Shown here: positions 29,496 through 38,590 of the stretch, piece after piece
How the letters are laid out: each line of letters opens with the position of its first letter
Numbering within the stretch: the stretch's first letter is position 1
DNA from: Candidatus Nanosyncoccus sp.
GTDB taxonomy: Bacteria; Patescibacteriota; Saccharimonadia; Saccharimonadales; Saccharimonadaceae
NCBI GenBank assembly: GCA_045535655.1
Contig: JAZSMA010000032.1
Coordinates: 1 to 47,164, forward strand
Length of the DNA stretch: 47,164 nucleotides
Reading direction: 5' to 3'
Translations under genes and position numbers: made by a program
The notes under the pieces: generated by a model
The model's input: only the letters and a program-made list of their open reading frames with translations
Databases searched by the model: none
What the model was told of the DNA's origin: nothing

Positions 29496-29523
29496 ACGAG
29501 GCACTAACAGCCTAATTATAGCA
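29496..29523 (-). promoter_or_regulatory. Second promoter upstream of leader A
   Basis: Minus strand: TGCTATAAT-taggctg-TTAGTGCCTCGT. Confidence 0.55.
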
Positions 29524-29538
29524 TAAGAGCGATAATAA

Positions 29539-29569
29539 AGCGAGAGACATGGGGGGATTGTCTCTCGCT
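29539..29569 (-). terminator. Hairpin/terminator downstream of the tRNA
   Basis: agcgagagaca...tgtctctcgct. Confidence 0.55.
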
Positions 29570-29628
29570 AAGTATAGTATGGAGTTATTAATGGCTCGTT
29601 TTTGTTTTATGAATAGAGTGTATTTAGG

Positions 29629-29704
29629 TGGTAGGGGGTATTGGAGTCGAACCAATGACATCCATCGTATCAGAATGGCGCTCTACCAATTGAGCTAACC
29701 CCCT
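29629..29704 (-). tRNA. tRNA-Ile(GAT)
   Basis: AGGGGGT TA GCTC AATTGGTA GAGC G CCATT CTGATAC GATGG ATGTC ATTGG TTCGACT CCAAT ACCCCCT A CCA; 76 nt. Confidence 0.92.
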
Positions 29705-29719
29705 GAAATAAGGGGCGAC

Positions 29720-30115
29720 TCACTCGCCACCCCTACGATAATATTTGCTTACGACTTGTTTCTGCCATTCGAGAATGGCTACGGTTGCAGGACATAAGTC
29801 CTTCCACATCTCGATCAGGAAATCAATGCGCTGTTCTACAGTATCGTTCTCAAGGTCAATGAGGCCATGGCGTTCTCTGCGACAGAGTTCCTCAAAGGCC
29901 ATCCGGCATTCTTTCCCATTCGGGCAAGGTATGTCATGAATCTTTGAATGAATCTCACGATGCAGCGTATTCCTCGGTATCATTTTCCCCATATATGAAT
30001 GCTCTCTGAGAGCTTTAGCGTATCCCTGATTCCAATGCCTGCGTTGATAAAGAATATGATGATAGTCATTGCTACTAATGTGGCTTCTCTTTTTCCTACG
30101 CTTGCCCTTGGCCAT
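29720..30115 (-). CDS. Basic His-rich protein, possibly HNH-like
   Basis: DYHHILY...LHREIH. Confidence 0.55.
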   Translation of the reverse strand: MAKGKRRKKRSHISSNDYHHILYQRRHWNQGYAKALREHSYMGKMIPRNTLHREIHSKIHDIPCPNGKECRMAFEELCRRERHGLIDLENDTVEQRIDFLIEMWKDLCPATVAILEWQKQVVSKYYRRGGE

Positions 30116-30148
30116 GCTTCACACCCCCTTCGCGTAAGCTAACGTACA

Positions 30149-30199
30149 ACAAAAAACACTCCAAAGTTGGAGTGCAATTAGTCTAATTCTATTTTACCA
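30149..30199 (-). promoter_or_regulatory. Late leader B
   Basis: Minus strand: TGGTAAAAT-agaatta-GACTAATT-GCACTCCAA-ct-TTGGAGTGT-TTTTTG. Confidence 0.8.
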
Positions 30200-30411
30200 T
30201 TTTGTGCAAGTTTTTCCGGGCAGTTTGGCAATCAACTTGCAGATATTCTCCAATACATAACCAATTTCGTCAAATGGTCAAAATGGGAAAAGTGTGATTA
30301 TTCGCCTACATTTTGTCGGAATAATGTGAAAATCTGCAGAAAATCCGCAAAAATGTAGTTTAATCCGGAAAATATGACCTTTTTCGTGACTTTACGAATA
30401 TGGTCAAACGA

Positions 30412-30493
30412 TGTTATAATTATGAGGTAAGTACACTTACTCGGGCAAAAAAGGCAATCCAACTGCGAGGGCCTTTTTTGTTTGTGTTATAAT
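30412..30493 (+). promoter_or_regulatory. Tandem extended -10 promoters flanking a short hairpin/terminator unit
   Basis: TGTTATAAT at 30412-30420 and 30485-30493; gaggtaagt/acttactc hairpin; caaaaaaggc/gccttttttg. Confidence 0.55.
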
Positions 30494-30520
30494 TTAATTA
30501 AGTTAAACAGGAAAATAAAA

Positions 30521-30916
30521 ATGACAAAGAAAAAGCAGGACAAAAAGAGATACATCATCATTGGTGTATGTGCATGTGTTGCTATTATTGCAGCCATAGT
30601 AGCCGTGGTATTGCTTACGCAGCCACAAAAGAAAGATCCATATCAAGAGGCATACGACCAAGCGGAGGTAATGCGATTGGACGCTATAGCCCAGCAAATC
30701 CGACTTAAGGCAGAAACCTACCATGATACGCATGGAGTCTGGCCGGAATCATTAGAGGATATTCATGAACCGGAAGATCGCCTACCGGGCATGGTATTTA
30801 ACTCATTCTCGAATATGGGCTTCCTATTGAGCTATATCGGCGTAAACGGTGAAAGAATCGTCTATTGTTCCGAGGATTTAGCCAAGACATCGCTTGGCCA
30901 AAATAATTGTCCTTAG
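30521..30916 (+). CDS. Moron: membrane-anchored pilin/GspG-like protein
   Basis: Opposite strand with its own promoter; TM helix followed by AETYHDTHGVWPESLEDI; C-terminal Cys pair. Confidence 0.6.
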   Translation: MTKKKQDKKRYIIIGVCACVAIIAAIVAVVLLTQPQKKDPYQEAYDQAEVMRLDAIAQQIRLKAETYHDTHGVWPESLEDIHEPEDRLPGMVFNSFSNMGFLLSYIGVNGERIVYCSEDLAKTSLGQNNCP

Positions 30917-33900
30917 ACGTTAATTACGGATCTATTACTTAGCTGGCTTAAATCATTAATGCCAGAAACAATTCTATCTATGAGCGTATCTTCGCCAACC
31001 TTTACGACTACATGAACCGGAGTTTGTTCGGCATCTACTAATAATTCTTGCGTTGCTTCGCCAAGTGATGCGAGAGAAGCTCTACTGAGTCCAGCACTTA
31101 TATTTGTGTCAATCGCATAATCGTTAAATGCACCAAATGTGTCTTTTGCTAAATTGCCAACCGTTTCCGTTACGGCTGAAGCGTCACTCTCGATACCATT
31201 CGCGAGACCTTTATCAATCCAACCGCCAAATTCAGCGAATACTTTTGATGGTGAGGCAATGCCTAACATACGCTTAAACGTATTCATGATGTTGCTACCA
31301 AGCGAACCAATCACGCCCAGTACGCCACTTTGTCCATTTTGGATACCTTGAGAAATGCCAGCCGGAATTTCGGAACCGTAGGATTTCGCATCCACGCCCA
31401 AGTTCTTCATAGCGTTTCGGATGTTCGTAGTTGAATAATTTGCCGATTCCCAAGCACGAGACCACGCTCGGCTCTGGTCTGTGTCCATATCTTCGAGCAA
31501 ATCACCGAGATAATCGGCCATGTTCTTCATATCTTCACCGGTAATCTCGCACATCTTGCCATTTTCGTCTGTATAGGTAATCGTTGCGTTGGAGACTTCC
31601 TCGAGCGCGTCCACCACGTCCATGTAGCTACCCTCGTTGAGTTTATTCTGCATTTCAACGAGTTGTTGCATTGCATACTCTTTCCAAACTTGGCTGCCCA
31701 AATCATACGAGGCTTGGTTCTGCTTTTCTTTACTTTTAGTCACAGCGTCCTGAGCGTCGCGCAATTTGCCTTCTTTGCTTTCGAGGTCGAGCACTGCGTC
31801 TGCTAACTCTCTATCTGTTTCTGTGAGGTTTCCGCTCATAACATCGAGGTTGTGGACGTACTCTCTGGCCTCGTCTAATGTCATATTGTACTTACGAGCG
31901 ACAATCTCCGCAGCGCCTCTCGCCGCAGTTTCGTTATCTTGGGCTTGTAGCAAGCTCAATGTAGCATCTGCGAGCTCTTTCTGAATACCGAGAAGCTCGT
32001 CTTTTAGATCCAACTGTGCCTGAATCGCATCGTTGACCGCTTGGTGCGCTTCTTCCTCTGTAAACACTCGCATGTTGTATTCAGCAAGCGCTACGGCTGC
32101 TTCCATGTCTTTGAGCTTGATGTATTCAGTAATAACCTGAACGGCTTCCATAACTGCGACAAGACCAAGCATAGCGATTGTAGTCGGACTAATCACGGCA
32201 TCTAACACGCCCTTAAGCGTAGTTCCGAATGAACCAACCGAAATACCAGCCATTTGCGTTGCGGCGGCCATCATCTGATAGTTATTTGTCGAACTACCTA
32301 CAGCAAAGGCGAGTGAGCTCATTGGAGTAATAACCGAGCTTGCCTGTCCTTTGAGTGCTGTGAGTGCGCCGCCGAAGATATTAATTGCATCGGACACTGC
32401 GCTCACCACCTTAAACGATACGAATGCTTCCAATAGTATCTTTAGTGAGCCAGCAATCGCGTCTACTGCACCTTGGTTTGAAGCGAGCCCACGCAAGGCA
32501 TCGCCAATCCAGTTCAATACATTCACGATCACACCGCCGGTCCATTGTGCGATAGGTTTGAGGAAATCATCAATAAACGGTCTGAGGCACTTATCCCAGA
32601 AGGTTCCAATCACGGTACCAACCAAGTTAATCGCGCCGCCTAATGCGTTGAGGAATGCCGGCAATAGCTCATTACCAGTCCAGTTGACCAATGGTCGCAA
32701 GTATTCATTCCAAATATCACTTAAAATGCGAGTGAGTGGCTCGGTGAACTTCTTAATATCTTCAACAAACCGTTTGATTGCTTTGCCAATCTTCTCAATA
32801 TCAAACTCGCCAAATAATTCCTTCAGCTTCTTTTTGAGCTTATCCACAATCTTTGCAATTTTATCGCCAGCCGACTCAACAATGCTCGTATCCCAGTCGA
32901 AATTGTAACCACCGGCTCCACCGCCGCCCGATCCACCGCTTCCGCCTGAACCACTCCCAGAAGCGTCTTGTTCTCGGAGTACATTCATTTCATCAAATGC
33001 GGAAAGCTGTTTGTTGAGCTTTTTGGCAGCGCCAGCCGCATCTTCCAACCCTTCGGCTGTTCCTGCCGCGCCTGAAGCCATTGAAGCCGTATTATCTGCA
33101 GCCGAACCAGTCTCTTTGACTATATCAGCCGTAGAGCCCGAACCGCCACCGAATAAGGCAGAAATCCAAGCAAATGCTTCCTTCAAAATCCTCACAAACG
33201 CTGCCACATAAGTACCAGCCTTGTAGATCGCATCACCTACATTGTTGACGAAGGTGTAGATATTCTTCCAACCGATTTCACTGGCCACAACTGCGACAGC
33301 CTTACCTATGTTGGTTTTGAACCTCGTAATTGCGGTATCAATACCGGCCACAGAGTTCATTGCACGCTTGCTCCAGCTCTCTAATCCTCCGACACCATGC
33401 TCGTCCAGATAGACCATAGCATTGACCATGTCGTAGGTGGTTACGGTGCCATTCTTGAGTGCTTCCCATAAGTCGTTGAAGTTCTTGCCTGCACCGAGCA
33501 ATCTTTCGGAGATTTCATTGACAGCCTTTGCGTTGGCTACGACCATTGCGTTAAACTCACGCTCAATATCGAATGAGCCACGGACGATTGCCTGTGACCA
33601 CTGATAAAGCGCCGTGCTCTGCACATCCGCAGATTGAGCACCGGAAACAATCGCGTCATTCAACGCTTCGAAAATCTTGATAGATTGCCATACATTATTG
33701 GTTGAGGAAGTAAAGTATTGTACTTTCTCCGCAGCATCGTTCAATGTCGTAGGTAAGTTGACCGTATATTCGGACAATGTGTTAATCGCATTAGATGCGT
33801 CCTCAGTACTAATACCGAGGTTTTCCATTACGATTGGGAAACGATTAAGCGAGTCCAAACGCCTTACAGCATAATCAATATTGGAGGATACAGTCGATAC

Positions 33901-34086
33901 TACTTTTTCAACGGCCTTCGCAATCAAATTACCGGCTGCAACGGCTGCAGTAGCCATCCCAGCAGTAATTCCGTCAAAACTCTTTGAAAAAGTATTAAGC
34001 TGTTTCTGAGTTTTCTGCATCTCATTCTGGAATTCCTCAGAATTTGCGCCGATTACTACTTGTAATTCGTCAACGGTAGTTACCAT
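30913..34086 (-). CDS. Tape measure protein
   Basis: 1057 aa, Ala/Gly-rich helical; LSAFDEMNVL; LGIASPSKVF. Confidence 0.92.
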   Translation of the reverse strand: MVTTVDELQVVIGANSEEFQNEMQKTQKQLNTFSKSFDGITAGMATAAVAAGNLIAKAVEKVVSTVSSNIDYAVRRLDSLNRFPIVMENLGISTEDASNAINTLSEYTVNLPTTLNDAAEKVQYFTSSTNNVWQSIKIFEALNDAIVSGAQSADVQSTALYQWSQAIVRGSFDIEREFNAMVVANAKAVNEISERLLGAGKNFNDLWEALKNGTVTTYDMVNAMVYLDEHGVGGLESWSKRAMNSVAGIDTAITRFKTNIGKAVAVVASEIGWKNIYTFVNNVGDAIYKAGTYVAAFVRILKEAFAWISALFGGGSGSTADIVKETGSAADNTASMASGAAGTAEGLEDAAGAAKKLNKQLSAFDEMNVLREQDASGSGSGGSGGSGGGGAGGYNFDWDTSIVESAGDKIAKIVDKLKKKLKELFGEFDIEKIGKAIKRFVEDIKKFTEPLTRILSDIWNEYLRPLVNWTGNELLPAFLNALGGAINLVGTVIGTFWDKCLRPFIDDFLKPIAQWTGGVIVNVLNWIGDALRGLASNQGAVDAIAGSLKILLEAFVSFKVVSAVSDAINIFGGALTALKGQASSVITPMSSLAFAVGSSTNNYQMMAAATQMAGISVGSFGTTLKGVLDAVISPTTIAMLGLVAVMEAVQVITEYIKLKDMEAAVALAEYNMRVFTEEEAHQAVNDAIQAQLDLKDELLGIQKELADATLSLLQAQDNETAARGAAEIVARKYNMTLDEAREYVHNLDVMSGNLTETDRELADAVLDLESKEGKLRDAQDAVTKSKEKQNQASYDLGSQVWKEYAMQQLVEMQNKLNEGSYMDVVDALEEVSNATITYTDENGKMCEITGEDMKNMADYLGDLLEDMDTDQSRAWSRAWESANYSTTNIRNAMKNLGVDAKSYGSEIPAGISQGIQNGQSGVLGVIGSLGSNIMNTFKRMLGIASPSKVFAEFGGWIDKGLANGIESDASAVTETVGNLAKDTFGAFNDYAIDTNISAGLSRASLASLGEATQELLVDAEQTPVHVVVKVGEDTLIDRIVSGINDLSQLSNRSVINV

Positions 34087-34361
34087 TTATTTTCCTCCTT
34101 TATTGGCCATCGCGACTATAAATGCATCAAGTTCGTTGTCTGATGTCATAACCGTTTTGTCGCGACCAAGTTTCTTTGCCATTACTGGCTCTTTCGGGTA
34201 TTTCTTAGGATTATTAACCCCAACACCGATATAATTTCCGAGTATGAGATTCAATCCATCAATATCTAACAAACGGTCATCGTATCCATCTATGCAATCG
34301 TAAAATTCGCCGAGAGTTAAATCCCAGTATTCTCTAATATGGAGCCCAATCTTGAACGCTA
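34087..34361 (-). CDS. Tail assembly chaperone -1 frameshift extension (gpT-like)
   Basis: The -1 frame is open across the upstream stop: LAFKIGLHIREYWDLTLGEF...KKYPKEP. Confidence 0.65.
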
Positions 34362-34694
34362 ATTTTTGGTTGCTTCGCCAGAACTCTGTGAAGTTTTTTG
34401 GGTTGTCTTGATGTCCTCCATGGCTTTTTTGACTTCCTCTACGGCTTCTTTTGGTAAAAAACCGCCATTTTCCAGACCGTCCATAATTATGACCATTAGT
34501 GCATCTGCGCCCTGCTTGAATAATTCATCGAATTGTTCGTTGGTGCCTCCGCCGGCCCTGAATAAGAATAGTAGGCCAGACATTGAAGGTCTTGCCGCAA
34601 GTTTAGGCAACTCATCAAAGAAGTTCATCTTGAGTTCACGCTCTGCAAACGCGATCTTGCTCGCAGTATAATTCAACGTTGGTTTAGTTTCCAT
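34359..34694 (-). CDS. Tail assembly chaperone (gpG-like)
   Basis: Between the major tail and tape measure genes; ends ACC AAA AAT TAG. Confidence 0.75.
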   Translation of the reverse strand: METKPTLNYTASKIAFAERELKMNFFDELPKLAARPSMSGLLFLFRAGGGTNEQFDELFKQGADALMVIIMDGLENGGFLPKEAVEEVKKAMEDIKTTQKTSQSSGEATKN

Positions 34695-34747
34695 ATTATT
34701 TCCTCGCTTAAATTGATAAGGTGGGGAGATACCCTCTCCCCGAGGGT

Positions 34748-35176
34748 TTAGCTTTCGCTACCGGGGGTGAAGGTTACATCACCGCTCACACGAAGTGTAA
34801 GGGTAAATGTATCAAGACCATCGGTAGTCTTTTCGCCGTATTCAAAGGTTTGGATAAACGCATCAAATACGATGGTGTGACCAGCCGGAGTCTCAATCGT
34901 CCATTCACGAGTTTTCTTTGAATCAAAGACAGCACGTAAAGCAGCAAGCTGTTCGCCGTCCGTAACGTTGCCTTCAATGTCTACCGTGCCCCAGTCAACA
35001 GCGCCTTGGATATACTCTTTGGCACCGTTTGGAGAATCAAGGGTAGTTACATCAATTTCATCACCCTCGCCAGACACAGAGCCGATGGAGGTGAGTGACT
35101 TAATTACGGTATCCGCAGCTTCAGAACCAGCCTTGGTCATCGTAAGGGATGTACCCATAGTAAGCTTTCCAGCCAT
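34748..35176 (-). CDS. Major tail tube protein
   Basis: EIDVTTLDS...KEYIQG..DWG...TLTLRVSG. Confidence 0.85.
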   Translation of the reverse strand: MAGKLTMGTSLTMTKAGSEAADTVIKSLTSIGSVSGEGDEIDVTTLDSPNGAKEYIQGAVDWGTVDIEGNVTDGEQLAALRAVFDSKKTREWTIETPAGHTIVFDAFIQTFEYGEKTTDGLDTFTLTLRVSGDVTFTPGSES

Positions 35177-35191
35177 TGTAATTCCTTTCTA

Positions 35192-35539
35192 TTAATTTGG
35201 TTCTTTAATCGCACTGAACCTCAGGTTCGTGTGATATAAACATCCATCAGGTGCAGGAACATCTGTGGAATATGTCAGTAGATAATCAATATCGAGCATT
35301 GCGGCCTCTACCTCGTCAACAATGCCACTCGCGGTAACACTATCATTTGCCCACACATCCACTACTACTTCTACATCATAGACACTTGGCTTCTTGTCTA
35401 GCTCATAACGAGCCGATTTGCTGCCTAACGTGAAAGTGATCGCCGGAAGCTTTGTAAACGTTTCCTGACTGCCTTGGATGCAGGTATAACCCAAGCTTTT
35501 CAACTTGGCGTAGATTTCAGGTTTTGGATTATAAGTCAT
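35192..35539 (-). CDS. Tail terminator/completion protein
   Basis: Synteny; PAITF...VVVDVW. Confidence 0.65.
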   Translation of the reverse strand: MTYNPKPEIYAKLKSLGYTCIQGSQETFTKLPAITFTLGSKSARYELDKKPSVYDVEVVVDVWANDSVTASGIVDEVEAAMLDIDYLLTYSTDVPAPDGCLYHTNLRFSAIKEPN

Positions 35540-36021
35540 CGTTTGATACCTTCTTTTAATGCGTTAGTAATTAGCTTCTTGATTTGGGCTTTATTCTGAT
35601 TCAATGCTGGGTACATAAACGGTCTTGCGCGGTAACCCTTGGTTGTGTAGAAGTGTTCGCCGCCGTCCGGAGTGTAGGTCCAGCTGTATTGAGCGTATTT
35701 CAGCCCCAATTCACCTGCTTTCGGGTAATTTGAAGCTTCGCCCACTACACCTGTTCCGAACTCCACGTACATGGCATGGCCTCCACCTGCAAATACTTTG
35801 CCGACAAATCCGTCTCCATTCTGCTCAACTGTCATGTGAAGTGAGTTACGGAGACCGCCGCCGCCTTCTCGTCCAACCGGAACGTAATGCTTCGCAGTGT
35901 TAAGCACGATGGCCGTGCTATTCACTACAGCTTCACGAACTTTGGCTGGGTTGGCTATCTTTGCGAAGTGTTTTTGGATGCTTTCGACACCCTTTATCCT
36001 GATCGTTAATCCGCGCGCCAT
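35536..36021 (-). CDS. HK97 gp10-family protein
   Basis: PV...GLRNS...YVEFGTG...ARPFMYPA. Confidence 0.85.
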   Translation of the reverse strand: MARGLTIRIKGVESIQKHFAKIANPAKVREAVVNSTAIVLNTAKHYVPVGREGGGGLRNSLHMTVEQNGDGFVGKVFAGGGHAMYVEFGTGVVGEASNYPKAGELGLKYAQYSWTYTPDGGEHFYTTKGYRARPFMYPALNQNKAQIKKLITNALKEGIKR

Positions 36022-36353
36022 TTCGCCCCCATAATGTATTTATGGGAATCCCTTGGCAACGAATCAGTCACAAGATAGGTAATACTTGAATATCGCAATA
36101 GATCGCCTACCTCAACTTCAGTATCAGTTGGGCAAGAAATCGCAATGTCAATATTCTGCGTAAGGCCTAGCTCTGTTTGCAATTCGCCAAGTGCGTTGAA
36201 TCGAATATTACCTTTGAATGTGCCTTTGACGGTTGTCATATTCTTTACTATCCCACCTTCGGCATCCACATTCTCCGTAGCGTCTAAAATCTCAATCGTT
36301 TTATCATAAAACGCATCTTTGATTTTAGCTTTTGCGCTATCTGGAAACAACAT
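36006..36353 (-). CDS. Head closure protein
   Basis: Synteny and size. Confidence 0.6.
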   Translation of the reverse strand: MLFPDSAKAKIKDAFYDKTIEILDATENVDAEGGIVKNMTTVKGTFKGNIRFNALGELQTELGLTQNIDIAISCPTDTEVEVGDLLRYSSITYLVTDSLPRDSHKYIMGAKWRAD

Positions 36354-36741
36354 GGACTCTCCTAAATGGTTTTAGTAATTCGGCAAATCCGCCAAACAAT
36401 TCGCCATCCGTTGCGGAGGCCAAGTAATTCTTGGTTTTCTCTCCGTACGTAATGGATTGACCGTTATCTGATAGAGACTTGACTTCGGTATCGTCATTAT
36501 CTCCCTCGATATTGGCTTGGGTTTGAGTAAAGATGCCGCTTACGATCCGCGCAGCAATCCTTACGAGCCTACGGTCAAAGCATTTAGCTTCTTGCTCAGC
36601 CGGTAAGTTTAGGTAGAGCGAAATACGGTCAGTAATTTCCTCACACACGCTTTTGAGAAGTGTTTCATCTTCAGCCGCAGCATGATTAATTTCCTTAGTC
36701 GCATTTGCCACCTCGAGTGTGAACGTATCGTAAGCGTACAT
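36337..36741 (-). CDS. Head-tail connector protein
   Basis: VKSLSDNGQSITY...LKPFRR; follows the capsid gene. Confidence 0.7.
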   Translation of the reverse strand: MYAYDTFTLEVANATKEINHAAAEDETLLKSVCEEITDRISLYLNLPAEQEAKCFDRRLVRIAARIVSGIFTQTQANIEGDNDDTEVKSLSDNGQSITYGEKTKNYLASATDGELFGGFAELLKPFRRVHVVSR

Positions 36742-36756
36742 ATTCTTTACCTCCTA

Positions 36757-37596
36757 TTAGCTTTCGCCACTTTCATCGCCACCGTAGGTCCAGATGAGGT
36801 CAGGCATAACAGCCTTAGTACCGTAGTGGAGATAGGTTTCGGTAGCAAAGCTTTCGGATAGAGGGATTTTCTCCGCAGTGTAATCCGAAATAGCAACCGG
36901 CTGGCCAACAGCGCCCTTATACATGAGGACAATGTCAGCGTTCTGGCGGAAGTTGCTGTAAGCGTCTACACCATGAATTTTGTTCACAGCGCCGCTTTCT
37001 GCGCCACCATCAGTCGTATCAATGTACTTGCGTAGAGCATTGAATACGGTTGGTTTGATAGCAAGTGCAAGGTCGCCACGATCCACACCATCCACGAACT
37101 CGTTGACGGTAGATTCAGCGTTAGCAATCATCTCGTCTACGATGTCGATGTAATCGGTGGAGCTGGTCGTAACCTCAGTACCTGCAGCTTCTGCGCAAGC
37201 GAAGAAAGCGCGGTCAAGGTGAGCGATAGCTCTTTTGTCGTGGTTAGCAGTCCTTCTGTCGAGCAAACCGGTGATACCAAAGAGTTTAATATCTTTGAAT
37301 TCGATTTCGGTTGTGATCTCTTTGTCTTGGTCGAGGTTGATAGTAACCTTACCAGAGTTCATCAACGCATTGCCTTTACCAGCTGCGCGTGCAGTTCCGT
37401 AAGCATCTACCGAAGCGTTAGCAAAGCGGTTGATTTCAACAGAACCGGTTGTAGGATCACCAGAATAGTCAGTATTCTTCAGGTAAGAAGAAACAGCATT
37501 TTTCTGGATAGACTCGATGAGTTTGCCACCGAGTTCGATGAGTTTATCCTTGGTATCTTGTGAAGCAAGGATAGATAAAGCATCAGTTCGTGCCAT
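36757..37596 (-). CDS. Major capsid protein
   Basis: Follows the scaffold; NTDYSGD...GSVEI...TINLDQDK...YGTKAV.P. Confidence 0.8.
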   Translation of the reverse strand: MARTDALSILASQDTKDKLIELGGKLIESIQKNAVSSYLKNTDYSGDPTTGSVEINRFANASVDAYGTARAAGKGNALMNSGKVTINLDQDKEITTEIEFKDIKLFGITGLLDRRTANHDKRAIAHLDRAFFACAEAAGTEVTTSSTDYIDIVDEMIANAESTVNEFVDGVDRGDLALAIKPTVFNALRKYIDTTDGGAESGAVNKIHGVDAYSNFRQNADIVLMYKGAVGQPVAISDYTAEKIPLSESFATETYLHYGTKAVMPDLIWTYGGDESGES

Positions 37597-37616
37597 TTTA
37601 ATACCTTTCTAAATTA

Positions 37617-38189
37617 TTAAAATGCTCTATAACCATCTTTGGAAATAATTCCATTACTGGCCGAGCCTTCAGTGGTTTTGCCACTTGTGGTTGTCGAGCC
37701 TTTGTCAGTCGGAGTCCTACCAGCGAGTTTAGATTTGACTCCTTCCTCGACTGCTTTGTTGAACTCTGCCTTTAGCGTCTCGATATTTTGGTCGGTTTTA
37801 TCCGAGTCGGCATCTACCACAAAATCTACGAGTTTGGTCGAGATACCGGCCTCATTTAGCTTTTCAATCGCCTCAGACCTGCGCTCACGCATTGTGATTT
37901 CGTGTTCGCGTTTCTCAAGCTCTTTGATTTGAGCTTCCTGAGCCTCTTTCGCTCTTTGTTCCTCGGTCAATTTGGATTGGCGTTCCCACTCGGCCTTTTC
38001 AGACGCAAGTGCATCGGCCTTCTCCTTCTCGAACTCGTCACGTAATCGCTTACGTTCCTCCGAGAGCTTCTGCCCGAGTTGTTCTTGAGTGAAAGTTTTG
38101 CTACTACCCTTGTTGTCTTTAACATCAGACTTCTCGGCACCGGTAGCTTCATTGCCATCTGATGTTGAGTTGTTAGCTTCGTCAGCCAT
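37617..38189 (-). CDS. Capsid scaffolding protein (DUF4355-like)
   Basis: GGAGG RBS; KTFTQEQL, charged coiled coil, AVEEGVKSKLAGRTP. Confidence 0.8.
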   Translation of the reverse strand: MADEANNSTSDGNEATGAEKSDVKDNKGSSKTFTQEQLGQKLSEERKRLRDEFEKEKADALASEKAEWERQSKLTEEQRAKEAQEAQIKELEKREHEITMRERRSEAIEKLNEAGISTKLVDFVVDADSDKTDQNIETLKAEFNKAVEEGVKSKLAGRTPTDKGSTTTSGKTTEGSASNGIISKDGYRAF

Positions 38190-38234
38190 ATTACCTCCGA
38201 TTTTTACGTGTCGCCACGAGTTAATAGTTAAATA

Positions 38235-38315
38235 ACAAAAAGCACCCACAGCGTGTGGGCGAAAAGAAACACTCACAAAACTGTGAGTGCAATTAGTCTT
38301 ATGATTATTATATCA
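38235..38315 (-). promoter_or_regulatory. Late leader C with a tandem second terminator (upstream of scaffold/capsid)
   Basis: Minus strand: TGATATAAT-aatcata-AGACTAATT-GCACTCACA-gttt-TGTGAGTGT-TTCTTTT, then GCCCACA-cgc-TGTGGGT-gcTTTTTG. Confidence 0.8.
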
Positions 38316-38332
38316 TATCAAAGCAAACAAGC

Positions 38333-38590
38333 CTAATTTTCCGGCATCCCCCAATTGATGCCAGCTTCACCAGACTTCTTGTTCACGAACCATGGTGGAC
38401 TGATGGCGTATTTGTCGGCGATCTGCTGATTAGTTTTCCAGTCAATCCGGGCTTTTTCGGGGATTACGCACACTTCGTAGTAGTAATTCGTCTTATCTTC
38501 GTCCAATAAAATGAGATACAATCGGCCAGCCGGTTTATCTACCAGCTTCACCGCGTGCTTCAGTATTTTTTCAGCTTCAGCTCTGTTCAT
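38333..38590 (-). CDS. Probable immunity protein for the MuF toxin
   Basis: 85 aa, ATGA-coupled directly after the toxin-bearing MuF gene. Confidence 0.55.
   Translation of the reverse strand: MNRAEAEKILKHAVKLVDKPAGRLYLILLDEDKTNYYYEVCVIPEKARIDWKTNQQIADKYAISPPWFVNKKSGEAGINWGMPEN

Noticed and set aside
29629-29704. tRNA as the prophage integration site
   Set aside because: It is flanked by phage genes on both sides, and I saw no duplicated 3' fragment at the left junction.
38190-38276. Extended starts in the ORF track for the scaffold (and likewise the holin to 29442 and the 45398 ORF)
   Set aside because: They run through terminator/leader sequence; downstream ATGs have SD-like sites.
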